This document shows, one piece after another, positions 1 to 13,321 of a stretch of 64,000 nt of DNA. The DNA is taken from positions 52,328,001 through 52,392,000 of the forward strand of contig NC_043015.1 of NCBI RefSeq assembly GCF_006345805.1, written 5' to 3'. The translations under genes were made by a program, and so were the position numbers. The stretch comes from Octopus sinensis. Its lineage: Eukaryota. The notes under the pieces are model-generated. The model did not search any database, had not been told where the DNA came from, and worked only from the letters and a program-made list of their open reading frames with translations. Each line of letters starts with the position of its first letter. Within the stretch, counting starts at the first letter, position 1.

Positions 1-39
1 AGAAAATTCCCTCACATTTTGTCTTCTTTCAACTCTCAA

Positions 40-40
40 A

Positions 41-83
<43 letters not shown>

Positions 84-242
84 GCTCACTCCCTTTCTTT
101 TCTTTTTTCAATATTCCTTATTCCTCTCCCTCACATTTTCTCTCTCTCTCAACATCTCACTCTTGCCCCCCCCCCCACCTGCCCCACCGATTCTTCTTTA
201 GATGAATCACTCTCTCTGAACCTCTCTACTCATTATTTCACG

Positions 243-274
<32 letters not shown>

Positions 275-330
275 CACACACACGCACACACACACACACA
301 AGCACACAACACATGAGCACACACACACAT
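40..330. repeat. (CT)n and (CA)n microsatellites
   Basis: Direct reading of dinucleotide runs. Confidence 0.95.
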
Positions 331-607
331 ACCCCCCACTACACTCATTCTGACGCACACAGACTTCATCTTTGAGACGTTTTAACAAGCTTATTGATAC
401 AATTTCCGGTTCACTACCTTGCCCCACCTCCCTCCACCCTCGCCCTCCCACCTCCACCACGCAGGGTCGTGTATGTATGCCATTACATTCAGCCCTCATT
501 TACTTATTAATAGCTATGCTTCAGTTATCTCATTGCTTATTGGCACACTAACAAAAATGACAAAACTACATAAAACACAGAGATGGAGGAAAATAAAAAA
601 TAAAAAA

Positions 608-613
608 ATGGAA

Positions 614-704
<91 letters not shown>

Positions 705-735
705 ATGGTGATGGTGATGATGATGATGATGATGA

Positions 736-796
<61 letters not shown>

Positions 797-807
797 GACG
801 ACGACGG

Positions 808-839
<32 letters not shown>

Positions 840-870
840 TGGAAGATGATGATGGTGATGATGATTGATG
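608..870. repeat. (GAT)n microsatellite
   Basis: Long GAT run; explains the poly-M/poly-D ORFs. Confidence 0.97.
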
Positions 871-1362
871 ATAGGTTTCTATTAATATTTTACATGCCCC
901 GACCTAAACATTCTTAAGTTGTCGGTTGTCAGTCAATCGACTCGTCTGAAATGGTATAACAATGTATACATACATACATACATACATACATACATACATA
1001 CACACACACACATAAATGCACACACACATAACGCATACATACATGTACGGATATATACATTAATACATACATATGTGTATACGTAATATATGTTAACATA
1101 CGTGCATAGATGCATACATTAAATGTATATAGACAACCAGATTCATGAATAGCCTCATCAAATGGTTGGAATTCTCTTTCATATTCATGTAAGACTATAT
1201 ATATGTGCGTTCGTACATACATACATACATACATACATACATAATACTTACGTGTATGTCTTTATATATTTATATATAGATACGTATGTATATATATATA
1301 GAAATATATATATATAATTATATACAATATATATATAATTAACATAAATATGTATATTATAC

Positions 1363-1398
<36 letters not shown>

Positions 1399-1792
1399 AT
1401 ATATATATATATATTAGGGTATATATACATACGCATATATATTATATATATATATATTATATATATACATATATATATATGTATATATATACTGATACTG
1501 TGAAAATAATAAGGCTAGAAAATTTAGAGAAGTTTTCATACCAGGTGGCCAGCACGCGTAATAAAGCGAATAGTCAATATATTTTCATATAGTGTACAAA
1601 CAGTTTACATATTGATACACAAATTCGAGTCTGAGGGTAACTACAAAAATTATTTTTATTTTCATTCCCTTTGAAACTGCGCTTATTCGTAGTTTGGGCT
1701 TTAACTGCCCTTTCCAGCATGCATGGGTCATTTTTGTTTTTGTTTGTAACATATCTAAATTTTTTGTACACTATTCTATATTAAAATATATG

Positions 1793-1905
<113 letters not shown>

Positions 1906-2075
1906 TACGAATAATAAGGATAACATATAAACAAATAATTTACACTTAGATTTAATTAGTCGTTACTCCGTGTCTTGTGTTACTGCTCCTCAATTTGATT
2001 TTGTACCAAAAAACTGTATGTTAGTGTATGCGTACGTATATATACATACATACATATATGCATGCATATATATAT

Positions 2076-2121
<46 letters not shown>

Positions 2122-2918
2122 ATATATATATATATATATATAACATATATATATGTATGTTATATATGTATATACATACCTAGACACTCGCATACACTAA
2201 TAAAATTCCTGTACATCCGTGTCTAACTTCGTGTATTCTCCTTCAAAATAGAGATATGTACCAACGTTACCATGTGGTACACTTGAGAATTTTAATGTGA
2301 TCTCTCGTTATATCAAACCATTGTTAGCCTTGGTAACTCACAGACAAAGCCCATTTTTATGTGCGGACGAGTGTGTGTATGTATACGCACACGCACACAT
2401 ATCCAAGCACACGCACATTCACGCACACACACATATAGACACAGACACACACAGGTATATATGTATAGACACACACATATATATATAGACACACATACAT
2501 ACACACATTTATATATGGACACACACACACATATATATAGACAAAACACATACACACAAATATATATATAGACACACACACACTCATACATACACACGCG
2601 CGCACACCAGCACAGGCATTTATACGCATTTTGCCATAATTGCTGAAATACTTGTTGATTTCTTTTTTTTTCCTTTTTACCATATTCTTTGCTTTATAAA
2701 AATTGGTTTGAAATTATCTCTTTTTTTTCCTCTCGCCCAGCCGCCCACATTTTTAGTCACTGCCAAGAGGCATATTCCTCCAGCTTCCCACACGCCCTAG
2801 CTAACAACTACCTCGCCCCGCCTCAATTCTTCCTCCAGCCATCACGAATGACATGAAGCAACCAAAACCATCGCACGGCTATTACACTACCATCGCACTA
2901 TCATAACACATTTAGCTT

Positions 2919-3680
2919 CGGGCGAAACGCGTTACGTTCTGAGTTCAAATTCCGCCGAGGTTGACTTTGACCTTTCATCCTTTCGGGGTCGATAAATTAA
3001 GTACCAGTTACGCACTGGGGTTGATGTAATCGACTTCATACCTTTGTCTGTCCTTGTTTATCCCCTCTATGTTTAGCCCCTTGTGGGCAATAAAGAAATA
3101 AGAAACGTTAAGCACGCCGGGCGAAATGATTATTTCGTCTGTCTTTATGATTCTGAGCTCAAATACCGACTTTGCCTTACATCCTTTCGGGCCTTGTGCC
3201 TCGAGTAGAAGAGAGTATTACTATTAATTCAAGGCGGCGAGCTGCCAGAATCGTTAGCACGCCGGGCGAAATGCTTAGCTGTTTTTCATCTATATTTACG
3301 TTCTGAGTTCAAATTCCACGGAGATCGACTTCGCTTTTTATCCTTTCGGGGAACAATAAATTGAGAACCAATTGAACATTGGGACCGATGTAATCGGCTA
3401 CCCCCACCCCAAAATTCTTGGCTTTTTGACAATATTTGAAACCAATATTTTCCTCAACTTTAAGGCGGTGAGATGGCAGAATCGTTAGAGCACCGGACAA
3501 AATGCATAACAGCATTACGTCTGTTTTCAGGTTCTAAGCTCATATTCTCCCGAGTTCATCTTTACCTTTCATCTTTTCCGAATCGATAAAATAAATACTA
3601 GTTAAATACTGGGGCACCATGCAGTCGACTCATTCCCTCCCCCAAAATTGCCGCCCCTGTGAAAAAATTTGGAATCACAA
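2919..3680 (+). mobile_element. Four head-to-tail degenerate copies of SINE family S1 (GGCGGCGAGCTGGCAGAATCG... family)
   Basis: Repeated modules gagttcaaattcc (B-box-like), gtcgactttgcctttcatcctttcggggtcgataaa and ctggggtcgat; the same family recurs throughout the window. Confidence 0.85.
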
Positions 3681-3741
3681 CCATCATCATCATCATCATT
3701 ATTATTATTATTATCATCATCATCATCATCATCATCATTAT

Positions 3742-4320
3742 TGCCTTTGCACAGCTTCTAACGCTGGAGATGTACTACAGTGTCAGCTGTTCACTGCCAG
3801 TGAACTAAGGTAACACCTCTTATTTTTCGAGCGCCTTCAGGAGTCTTCAAACGTTTGCAAGCAGTGCTGTTTTCTCCAAGTGCTCCACCCTTATTGCAGC
3901 CCCTATTTATTCCATGTACTTCTCAAGAATTTTACTCAGTGTTCCCAGGGCTCCGACAATTATTGGTACTACTGCTACCTTTTTCATCACACCACAACTG
4001 TTTTACCTCCCAAGCTAACCTGTCATATCTATCAGCTTTTCTTTCTTCCTTATCGCATATCTTGTTGACAGCTGGGCATGCTATATCTATGATCCAGCAT
4101 AGTTTGCTTTCTTTCTCAATTAACAGTGTCTAGCTTCCTATTCTCTATCTCATGGTTGCACTGAATCATAAAATCCAGTAGGATCTTTGCATTTCTATTT
4201 TCGACAATGCCTTCAGGTCTGTAGTCGTACCAATTTTTTGCTTTGTAAAGTCCATACTTGTTGCAAAGTGTCCAATGGACAAGCCCGACTATATTTATAT
4301 TCCTGCTGGGCTTGTGGCGT
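3742..4320 (-). mobile_element. 3' fragment of Dong/R4-type non-LTR retrotransposon (RLE domain and 3'UTR), decayed
   Basis: Minus-strand translation across frameshifts: AQQEYK..IVGLVHWTLCNKYGL..WYDYRPEGIVEN..KILLDFMIQC..CWIIDIACP..LAWEVKQLW.MKKVAVVPIIVGALGT..LEKTALL; 3' end runs into an (ATG/ATA)n tract. Confidence 0.85.
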
Positions 4321-4337
4321 TGTTATTATTAATACTA

Positions 4338-4375
<38 letters not shown>

Positions 4376-4478
4376 TACTACTACTACTACGACTACTACG
4401 ACTACTATCATTATTATTATTATTATTATTATTATCATCATCAACATCGTCGTCATCATCATCATCATCATCATCATT

Positions 4479-4531
<53 letters not shown>

Positions 4532-4575
4532 TATTATTATTATTATTATTATTGTTATTTTGTTGTGTCTGTTGT
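4321..4575. repeat. Compound (CTA)/(TTA)/(CAT) microsatellite
   Basis: Direct reading. Confidence 0.95.
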
Positions 4576-4585
4576 TGTTGTTTAT

Positions 4586-4810
4586 TAAGGCGGTGAGTTG
4601 GCGGAATCGCTAACTCGCCGGAGAAAGTATTTAGCGGCATTTTGTCCGTCTTTACGTGCAGAGTTCAAATTCTGCCGAAGTCAGTTTCACTTTTCATTCT
4701 TCCTGCGTCGTGAAAATAAATGCCAGCTGAGTACTGGGGTCGAGTAGCCGACTTTGTCTACCCACCCCTCCTTCGAAATTGCTGGCCTTGTGCTAAAATT
4801 TGAAACCAGT
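4586..4810 (+). mobile_element. SINE S1 copy
   Basis: aaggcggtgagttggcggaatcg...gagttcaaattctgccg...ggccttgtgctaaaatttgaaacca. Confidence 0.85.
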
Positions 4811-5049
4811 ATTCCCCTCGCATTCAGCTTCATCAATAATCAGTAGCATCACTCTCACTACCACCATCACTATCACTATGAGCAGCCCACCACTACCGCC
4901 TCGTCTAAAACAGCATACCTATCTATCACATACACCAACACCAACACTAACACCAACACCACCACCATTACTACTACAACTGTTACTGCGTCTAATATCG
5001 CTGCTGTTATTACCACTATTACTACTGTTGCTGCTATCTATGTATCTTC

Positions 5050-5139
<90 letters not shown>

Positions 5140-5421
5140 CTATCTATCAGCCTGTCTACCTACCTAAATTTCTATCTATCTACCACCATTGTCATGGAAA
5201 CTCACCCCAAAAATACATAAACAATGTTCTCTTCTTTTAAACAAAACCCCGCAAAAACATCTGTTTTATATAGATGAACAAGCTGTTTGTACATTCACCA
5301 ATTCTATTTGACAAGTTCGAGAAACGAACAAATGCGCTACTATTAATGAAGAGATAAAAATATTTCTTTTTCCAAAATTTTGACGACTTTTTTTCTTAAT
5401 ATATATATATATATATATATA

Positions 5422-5464
<43 letters not shown>

Positions 5465-5587
5465 TATATATGTATATATATGTATGTATACATATTATAT
5501 ATGAGTATATTATATATATATATGTTGTGTGTGTGCGGTGCTCTAACATGACCACAGTCAAATGACTGAAACCAGTAAGAGTAAAAG

Positions 5588-5621
<34 letters not shown>

Positions 5622-6489
5622 CTATATATATATAGATATATATATATAATACATGCATATGTCTGTGTGTGTTGGAGTGTAATTTGAGGATGACTCGGCT
5701 GTTATTTCTGACGGACCAAACTACCATCAGCCCTCTGAGCATGCATCCAAATTATTCTCCTGCCCCATCATCATCGTCGTTGTCGTCATTATCATTATCA
5801 TCATTACTTCAACTGCAAGATATGAAGCGCCACCACCACCACCACCACCACCACCGATACCACAGTCCAGAGAAACTGCTGCTCTAGATAAAAAGCCACT
5901 GCTCCAAACCTCATTCGCCACCAGGACCACCTACACCACCATCACCACCAACAACAACAACTTCTCCCTCCTCACCACGTCGATCACTACCCGCAGCACC
6001 GACACCGCCCACTACCGCCACTATTAGTAACACCACAATTAGTAACCCCACCCCGCCCGCGGTACCCCATCGCCTTTACCAATCACCCACCCCGTCACTT
6101 GCAAACTTCATTCTCCTTTTTATTGCTGATCGATATTTTGTTTTTGTTTCATTTTATCATTATCTTGAAACAATTTCGTTATGATTAATTCTGATGATAT
6201 CGATGACTTTTGATTGGTTTGAGCAAGTTGAAAATCTATTCAATGTATGATATGCCTTTAATGTCTAAATTACCCCCACATTCCTGTCCCCCACAGTCTC
6301 TCATGCTCTCAATTTCTCTCTCCCTCTGCACCTCTCGCTCCTCTCTCCTTTTCTCTCTCCTTGTCTTTCCCTCTGTCTTTCACAATCTCTCCCTCTCTCT
6401 CTCTCTCTCTCTGTTTCTCACTTTCTCACCGTCTCTTTCCTAAGCATACTTCCGAACATGCTTCTGTCTTTTCCTAACCCATATTATGT

Positions 6490-6995
6490 TTAATAACATC
6501 AGCTCCACGAGTAGTGAAGTCATCATCAGCATCAGCATCACCATCATCATCATCATCATCATCGTCATCGTCATCGTCATCGTCATCACCAATGACAACA
6601 CCGTTCTTCTCTATCATCATCGTCGTCATCGTCGCCGTCGGCGACGTCATCATAGCCATCATGGTCATCATAGCTATCATCATCATCGTCGTCATCATCA
6701 TCGTCCTCAATATTATCATCATCATCGTCGTCGTTGTCATCACCACCATCATCATCGTCGTTGTCGTCATCGTCATCATCATCATCGTCATCATCATCAC
6801 CAACACCAACACCATCCCCAACTATCATCGTCGTTGTCGTAGTAGTCATCGATGATGTCATCATAGCCATCATCATCATCATTATCATCATCACCATCAT
6901 CATCATCATCAGCAGCAGCAGCAGCAGCAACAGCGTCATCGTCATCATCCTCGTCGTTGTCATCATCACCCTCGTCGTCACCAGTGCCAGAACCA
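6490..6995. repeat. Compound (CAT)/(CGT)/(CAG) microsatellite
   Basis: Direct reading; source of the His/Ser/Ile/Asp/Met ORFs. Confidence 0.95.
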
Positions 6996-7229
6996 CCTCG
7001 TCCATAAATGTGCACAGATGCTTGGACGTTTGTGTTTCCATTCATCCGTATCCATACACGTATACACAAAAATGCACACATACCGGTGCACATGTACATA
7101 CTACTGTGCATGAACGTTTCTTCTCTCTATCCCTCTGCCTTCTTCTCTCTCAGGTCCTCTTCCCGGTATATATATATATATTATATATATAATATATATA
7201 TATATATATAAATATAGATATATATAAAT

Positions 7230-7263
<34 letters not shown>

Positions 7264-7272
7264 CATATATAT

Positions 7273-7320
<48 letters not shown>

Positions 7321-7477
7321 TTATATGCGCGCGCGCGTATGTGTCTGTGTATATCATATAATATATATGTATGAGTAGGTGTGTTTGTGTGCATACATAT
7401 AATACATTAAAATTTAGACAATGATTACGATAAATATACACGTTAACAGTGAAAGGTCCCAACATAATAATAGTAAT

Positions 7478-7533
<56 letters not shown>

Positions 7534-7739
7534 TTTTATCTATCTATCTGTCTGTCGGCTGTCTGTATGTCTATCTATCTATCTATTTATCTAGCTATCT
7601 ATGTTGAAAATGAACTTGGTAACAACAGGTAAGTATAGCTGGCAACAGGGAAAACTGAACATGTTTGTAATATTTAGTAGTCCATAATTCTCGTTTGATC
7701 TTCATTTCAAACAAATAGTACATATTTACCATTCCATAC

Positions 7740-7771
<32 letters not shown>

Positions 7772-7774
<3 letters not shown>

Positions 7775-7960
7775 AGAATTTACGAAAAAAACAAAAGACG
7801 AAGACAGGTGCTGTACAAAACAAACAGATGTATTAGTATAACGCTTAGGAATAGAAAAAGTCTTTTACGTTTTGAGCCTACGCTCTTCTACAGAAAGTGA
7901 CACAGAAAAGACGAGGAAAGAAAAAAAATGTGTGTAGTGGATAACGATCTATCATGGCGA
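7772..7960 (-). mobile_element. Dispersed ~185-bp repeat resembling a Penelope-like terminal repeat, with a hammerhead-like motif
   Basis: About 90% match by eye to 40733-40905; contains the minus-strand CTTT-CTGTAGA-A-GAGC-GTAG-GCTC-AAAAC-GTA-AAAG motif. Confidence 0.6.
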
Positions 7961-8299
7961 TATATATATATATATACATATATATATACCCCTTCTCTCT
8001 CTCTCACACACACACTTATTTTAGTGCTGTTGACACCGCCGGATTGAATGATATTGCCCAGGTGTCGCAACCATAGTGATATCTGTAGGGCACCTGATGA
8101 TGGAGGTATGTTAGATTGTTGGTATGGCTGTTATTGTATGTGCAGAATAGTTTTATAACACATCCATTTGATATATATATATATATATATATATAAGTAT
8201 AATTGTAATTAATTATAAATCTAACCACTGATAAATCATTGAATAATGACTTTAGCCTAATTATAGATATATATGTATATATTAGCTGTAGGAAATCGC

Positions 8300-8710
8300 T
8301 CAGCGAGATATAAACAGTAGTTGTACGAAATCGTAACATCTAATTACTAAGTGTGGCGTCCTATACAGGACAGTGCTACTGATGTTTATTGCCCTAAGAA
8401 GACATATCCTCCTGCTGGCTAACGACACACATTCTGTGTCCGATTAGTATTTGCGATGGGCGGTCATCGCGCGCCTCTCTAGTCTTACGAACTCGAGTTT
8501 CTGGGTGGTTACCCGTCCTCAGCATGTGTTAGTCACAAGCTAGTAATGAAAACTCATTCCACTCGCAAAATACTATATGCTTTTTCCATTGACAAATTGT
8601 CGCTGAGAAATAAGCGGCAATAAAACCCTGAGCGAGATATAAACAGTAGCAGTACGGAATCATAACATATATTTGCCAACCAAGTGTGGCGTCCTATACA
8701 GGACAGTGCC
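8300..8710. repeat. Pair of ~75-bp direct repeats (8300-8378 and 8628-8710)
   Basis: cagcgagatataaacagtag...aagtgtggcgtcctatacaggacagtgc occurs twice. Confidence 0.8.
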
Positions 8711-8799
8711 TTTTTACAACACGTAGAGGAAACGTTGGGCCTATTCTCTGACATTACCTGTCCACACACAGGTAGCACTTGACATTTTGTATCTGTCAG

Positions 8800-9320
8800 C
8801 ATCTTTAAAGACAGAAAACAGTTTTTGTTTTGTTCGTGTTTTGTGGCTATATGTATGAGTTTTCCTTGCTTCTGAAGCAGGTATTTTTGTAATCCTATAT
8901 TGGTTTATTTTGTAATAGTTTTCAAGCCACATAAAGCTTCTACCACCTTCGATATGTTGCATATATAGCGTTTCTTTGTCAGATATTGGGTGATGCATCC
9001 TAAATCCTATAATTATTTTTCTTGTTTCCCTGACTGTTTTGATTAGTTCATTTAGAGTCCAGTTAAGAATATTGTAGCTGTAACTTATAACTGGGACGGC
9101 TAGAGTGTTAATAACTATTATCTTATTTTTCGCATAGAGCTCTGTTTTCAGTATTCATCTACGTCGTCTATAGAATCCCTTTCTTACCGTCGCTTTCATT
9201 GTATCGTATCTCGTCCATTGATTCCTAAGTATTTGTATGTTCGTCTTTGGTCAAATTCTCTTAGTTCATTTGCTTTATCTCTTAACAAGTTTTCTGTTTT
9301 TTCAAAGATATCATTATTAT
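8800..9320 (-). mobile_element. Dong/R4-type reverse-transcriptase C-terminal fragment, decayed
   Basis: Minus strand: RTYKYLGI..NKIIVINTLAVPVISYSYNILNWT..MHHPISDKETLY..EGGRSF; abuts a (TAA/TTA)n tract at 9370. Confidence 0.85.
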
Positions 9321-9382
9321 TATTAAATCCTTAAAATCCTTTAAAATGTTTTAGCCCGAAGGCCGCGGTCATAATAATAATG

Positions 9383-9418
<36 letters not shown>

Positions 9419-9526
9419 ATTATTAGTATTATTATTATTATTATATTATTATTATTTTATTATTGATTAGTATTATTATTAATTATATTATCATTATCAT
9501 TATCTTATCATCATCATCATCATTAT

Positions 9527-10345
9527 CAGGGCGGCGAGCTGGCAGGATTGTTAGCATGCCGGGTGAAATGCTGAGCGGTATTTCGTTAGTCGTTACATTC
9601 TCAGTTCAAATTCTGCCGAGGTCGAGTTTGCTTTTCATCCTTTCATGGTTGATTAAATAAGTACCAGTTACACACTGGGGTTGATGAAATCGATTACCCA
9701 CTTCCGCACCAAAATGTTCATGGCCTTCTGCCAAAAGTAATAATTATCATAATAAATATTCTTCTTCTTCTTCTTCTTCTTCTTCTTCTGCTTCTTCTTA
9801 TTATTATATTATAATTATTATTATTATTATTATTATTATATTATTATTATGATTATTATATTATTATTATTATTATTATTATTTATTCATTATTATAATT
9901 TAATTATATTATTATTATTATTATTTTATTATTATTATTATTATTATCATTGAAGGCGGCGAGCTGGCAGAAGTGTTAGCACGCCAGGCAAAATGCTTAA
10001 CGCTATTTCGTCTGCCGTTATGTTCTGAGTTCAAATTCACCCGAGGTCGACTTTGCCTTTCATCCTTTCGGGGTAGATTAAATAAGTACCAGTTACGCAC
10101 TGGGGTCGATATAATCGACTTTAACCGTTTGTCTGTCCTTATTTGTCCCTTCTGTGTTCAGCCCCTTGTGAGTAGTAAAGAAATAGGTATTTTGTCTGCC
10201 ATTACGTTCTGAGTTCGAATTCCGCCGAGGTCGAATTTGCCTTTTCATCCTTTTTGGATTGATAAATTAAGTACCAGTTGCGTACTGGGGTCGATCTAAT
10301 CGACTGGCTCCCTCACCCAAAATTTAGGGCGTCGTGCCTAGAATA
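9527..10345 (+). mobile_element. Cluster of SINE S1 copies (9527-9745, 9953-10190, 10190-10345) in (TTA)n tracts
   Basis: ggcggcgagctggcag heads and conserved central domain; two different 3' tails. Confidence 0.88.
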
Positions 10346-10352
10346 GAACAGA

Positions 10353-10414
<62 letters not shown>

Positions 10415-10427
10415 CATTATTATTATG

Positions 10428-10780
10428 TTTTTCTTTCGTTCTTCAAATTTTCTTCCATTTCTCGCCGAGTGTTTTCCGTACACCTAGAGCAGAGAAGCTC
10501 ATAGTATGCATTCCCAGATTACACACGCAAATTCAAAGGTTAAAATATATATTTAAAAAATTAATAAATAGATAAATTCATGAATGGATGTTGTTTTCAC
10601 AGCGATAATGCTCTTCTCAGTACATGAGTCGTTCCAGTTAACACGATTTTTTGCACTTCCTGTAGGGATGGTAAGCCTGGTATCATTTTCAAATAGGTTT
10701 CAGTACCTTTTTTTATCATTCCTAAGATCCTACAATCACTGGTACTGTAGTGGCCTTGAGATGCCACATTTTTTCAACAC
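10428..10780 (-). mobile_element. Dong/R4-type C-terminus and 3'UTR ending in (TAA)n
   Basis: Minus strand: VEKMWHLKATTVPVIVG.LGMIKKGTETYLKMIPGLPSLQEVQKIVLTGTTHVLRRALSL*; 3'UTR similar to 56000-56100. Confidence 0.85.
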
Positions 10781-11199
10781 GTGGAACAAAATGCTTAGCG
10801 GTATTTCATCCGTCTTTACGTTCTGAACTCAAATCCTGTCGGGGTTGACTTCGCCTCGCATCCTTTCGTGGTCGATAAAATATGGTTCACGTCGATCATT
10901 GGAATCGATTTCGTCAAATTAATTCCTTCCTCAAAACTGCTAACCTTGTGCCAAAATTTTAAATAATAATTAGGAGCAGTATAAAGATTGTTGATGGTAT
11001 TATTTCAAATATATTTCCAGCAGTGATCATTTATTTATAGGTTGTTTGAAGATAAACGGCAGGATAGCTCCCCAGCAGAATCTCTCGATTGCTGCGAGGT
11101 GTGGCGTGGTTTAATGCTTGCTCATAAAACATAGTAAATCTTTATTTCCAAGGTATGCATTAGAGACGTCAAATGTGTGTACGTATGTGCGTGGGTTCT

Positions 11200-11588
11200 T
11201 TTATATAAATATTTATGTATATATGCATATATATATATATATATATACACATATATGTATATGCATATGTGTGTGTGTATATATATATGCATGCACACAC
11301 AAATAAATACACATATGTGTGTATATATACACATATATACATACATACACATAAAAAAATATATATATGTATATACTTATGTATATATATATATATATTA
11401 TATATAAACATATATATATATATATAAATATATATATATACATAAGTACATACATATATATATATACAAGTATATATATATACAAAACAATATATATATA
11501 TATATATTACATATATACAAACATATATATAAATAAATATATATATACAAACAATTTATATATACATAGTATATATATATATACATAA

Positions 11589-11630
<42 letters not shown>

Positions 11631-11973
11631 TTATGTATATATATATACATATGTATATATGTTTGTATATATATATTATATATATATATGTTTGTATATA
11701 TGTATATATATATATGTTTGTATATATGTATATATATATATATATATATGTTTGTATATATATATACTGTATATATATATGTATGTACTTATGTTATATA
11801 TATTTATATATATATATATGTTTATATATATATATATATATATACATAATATATACATATATATTTTTTTTATATGTGTATGTATGTATAATATGTATGT
11901 AATATATATATATATAATATATATAATTATATATATTATATAATATATATATACAAACATATATATATATACA

Positions 11974-12003
<30 letters not shown>
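11200..12003. repeat. ~800-bp (TA)-based compound microsatellite
   Basis: Direct reading. Confidence 0.95.
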
Positions 12004-12008
<5 letters not shown>

Positions 12009-12767
12009 CATATTTGTGCTCATGCGTTCTTCCTCGCTGCATCAAATTTCAACAGAAACTGCCTTAATGCACTATTTTATTGCAATGTACTTGATATATA
12101 ATTACATCATTGCGTCGAGTTTAAAACAAATTCAGAATCTAATTGGTTCGCAGAAGAATCTATCTACGGTGATTAGGTGCAGTTAATTATTTCATACTAC
12201 CTGGGGATGGGAATTGATAAGGTTTCTTTCTTCCTTTTAATTCCTTCCAACAGCCATTATTTTCCCTTCGTATATTTATGTCATCGGTCAAGAATTCTTG
12301 CGTTCGCCCTTGCTGTTTTCAATCCTTGTATTCCAGGCATTCTGGGGCACAAGGTCGTAAGGTTAAAGAGGGTTAAATCGACCCTTAGAAAACTATGATC
12401 TAAAGTGTTTTAGCACCTGATATCGATTCTTGGTATCGAATCCCCAGTACTGCTATTTCTTCGCTCAGCGTAATAGAGTATAATTTGGGGGAGATTTTGC
12501 TGCTGTTTCTAGCGTGTTCAGCTTCCACACATGGGCATTTTCGCTGGCAGCTACGTTTTTGTTACCGAATTTACGAAATCAGTAGTCAGTCTTATTACAT
12601 AAAGCGAATACCGTATGCTATTTTCATGTTCGATTCACAGTTGAATCGATCGCACGCTGATATGTCTGCTCGCGCCGGCTCTGCATTCTCTGTTCAAATC
12701 CGCCCGAAGTCACTTTCACGTCCGTCACATTTTGTTGAAGTCAAGTAATGTAGCTGATCATATATAT

Positions 12768-12813
<46 letters not shown>

Positions 12814-13321
12814 CCCAGAAGTATACATTTATACAAATTTATTACGTAAGATCTGTCGGGAAGCCTGTCGCTGCCATTGGGTTCGCTTCCACAAATAATT
12901 ATTTTGCGGCTCTTCTTCAGTCGACTGATGTTAGGTGTGTACATGTGTATGCATCTGTATATGAATATGTGTGTTTGCATGAATGTGTGCATGTGTGTAG
13001 GTATCACCACAAACTGAACAGTTATTACAAGGGAGATAATCACTTTTTCGTGATATTTTCAATTATAAGGGAAACGATGAGTAGCGTTTGCATTATGAAT
13101 ATTTGTTTCGCGTGTTTAATTCTTCTAGTCAGTTGTGATAACGTAAAGCGTTATTTCTTTCTTTTAAGAAATTGTCAGCATGACATAACCTGGAACATGT
13201 CACTTAAAGAAACAATTTATGAATTTAGTTATTCCTTATAGATGGAAAATAATTACATTATGAAATAAATTTTTGAAAATACGTTTTTCTCCGTTTTTGT
13301 TTCTTCTCCCTGAAGTGTTAG

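Noticed and set aside
8094-8130. CTGATGA core match
   Set aside because: There is no downstream stem or GAAA.
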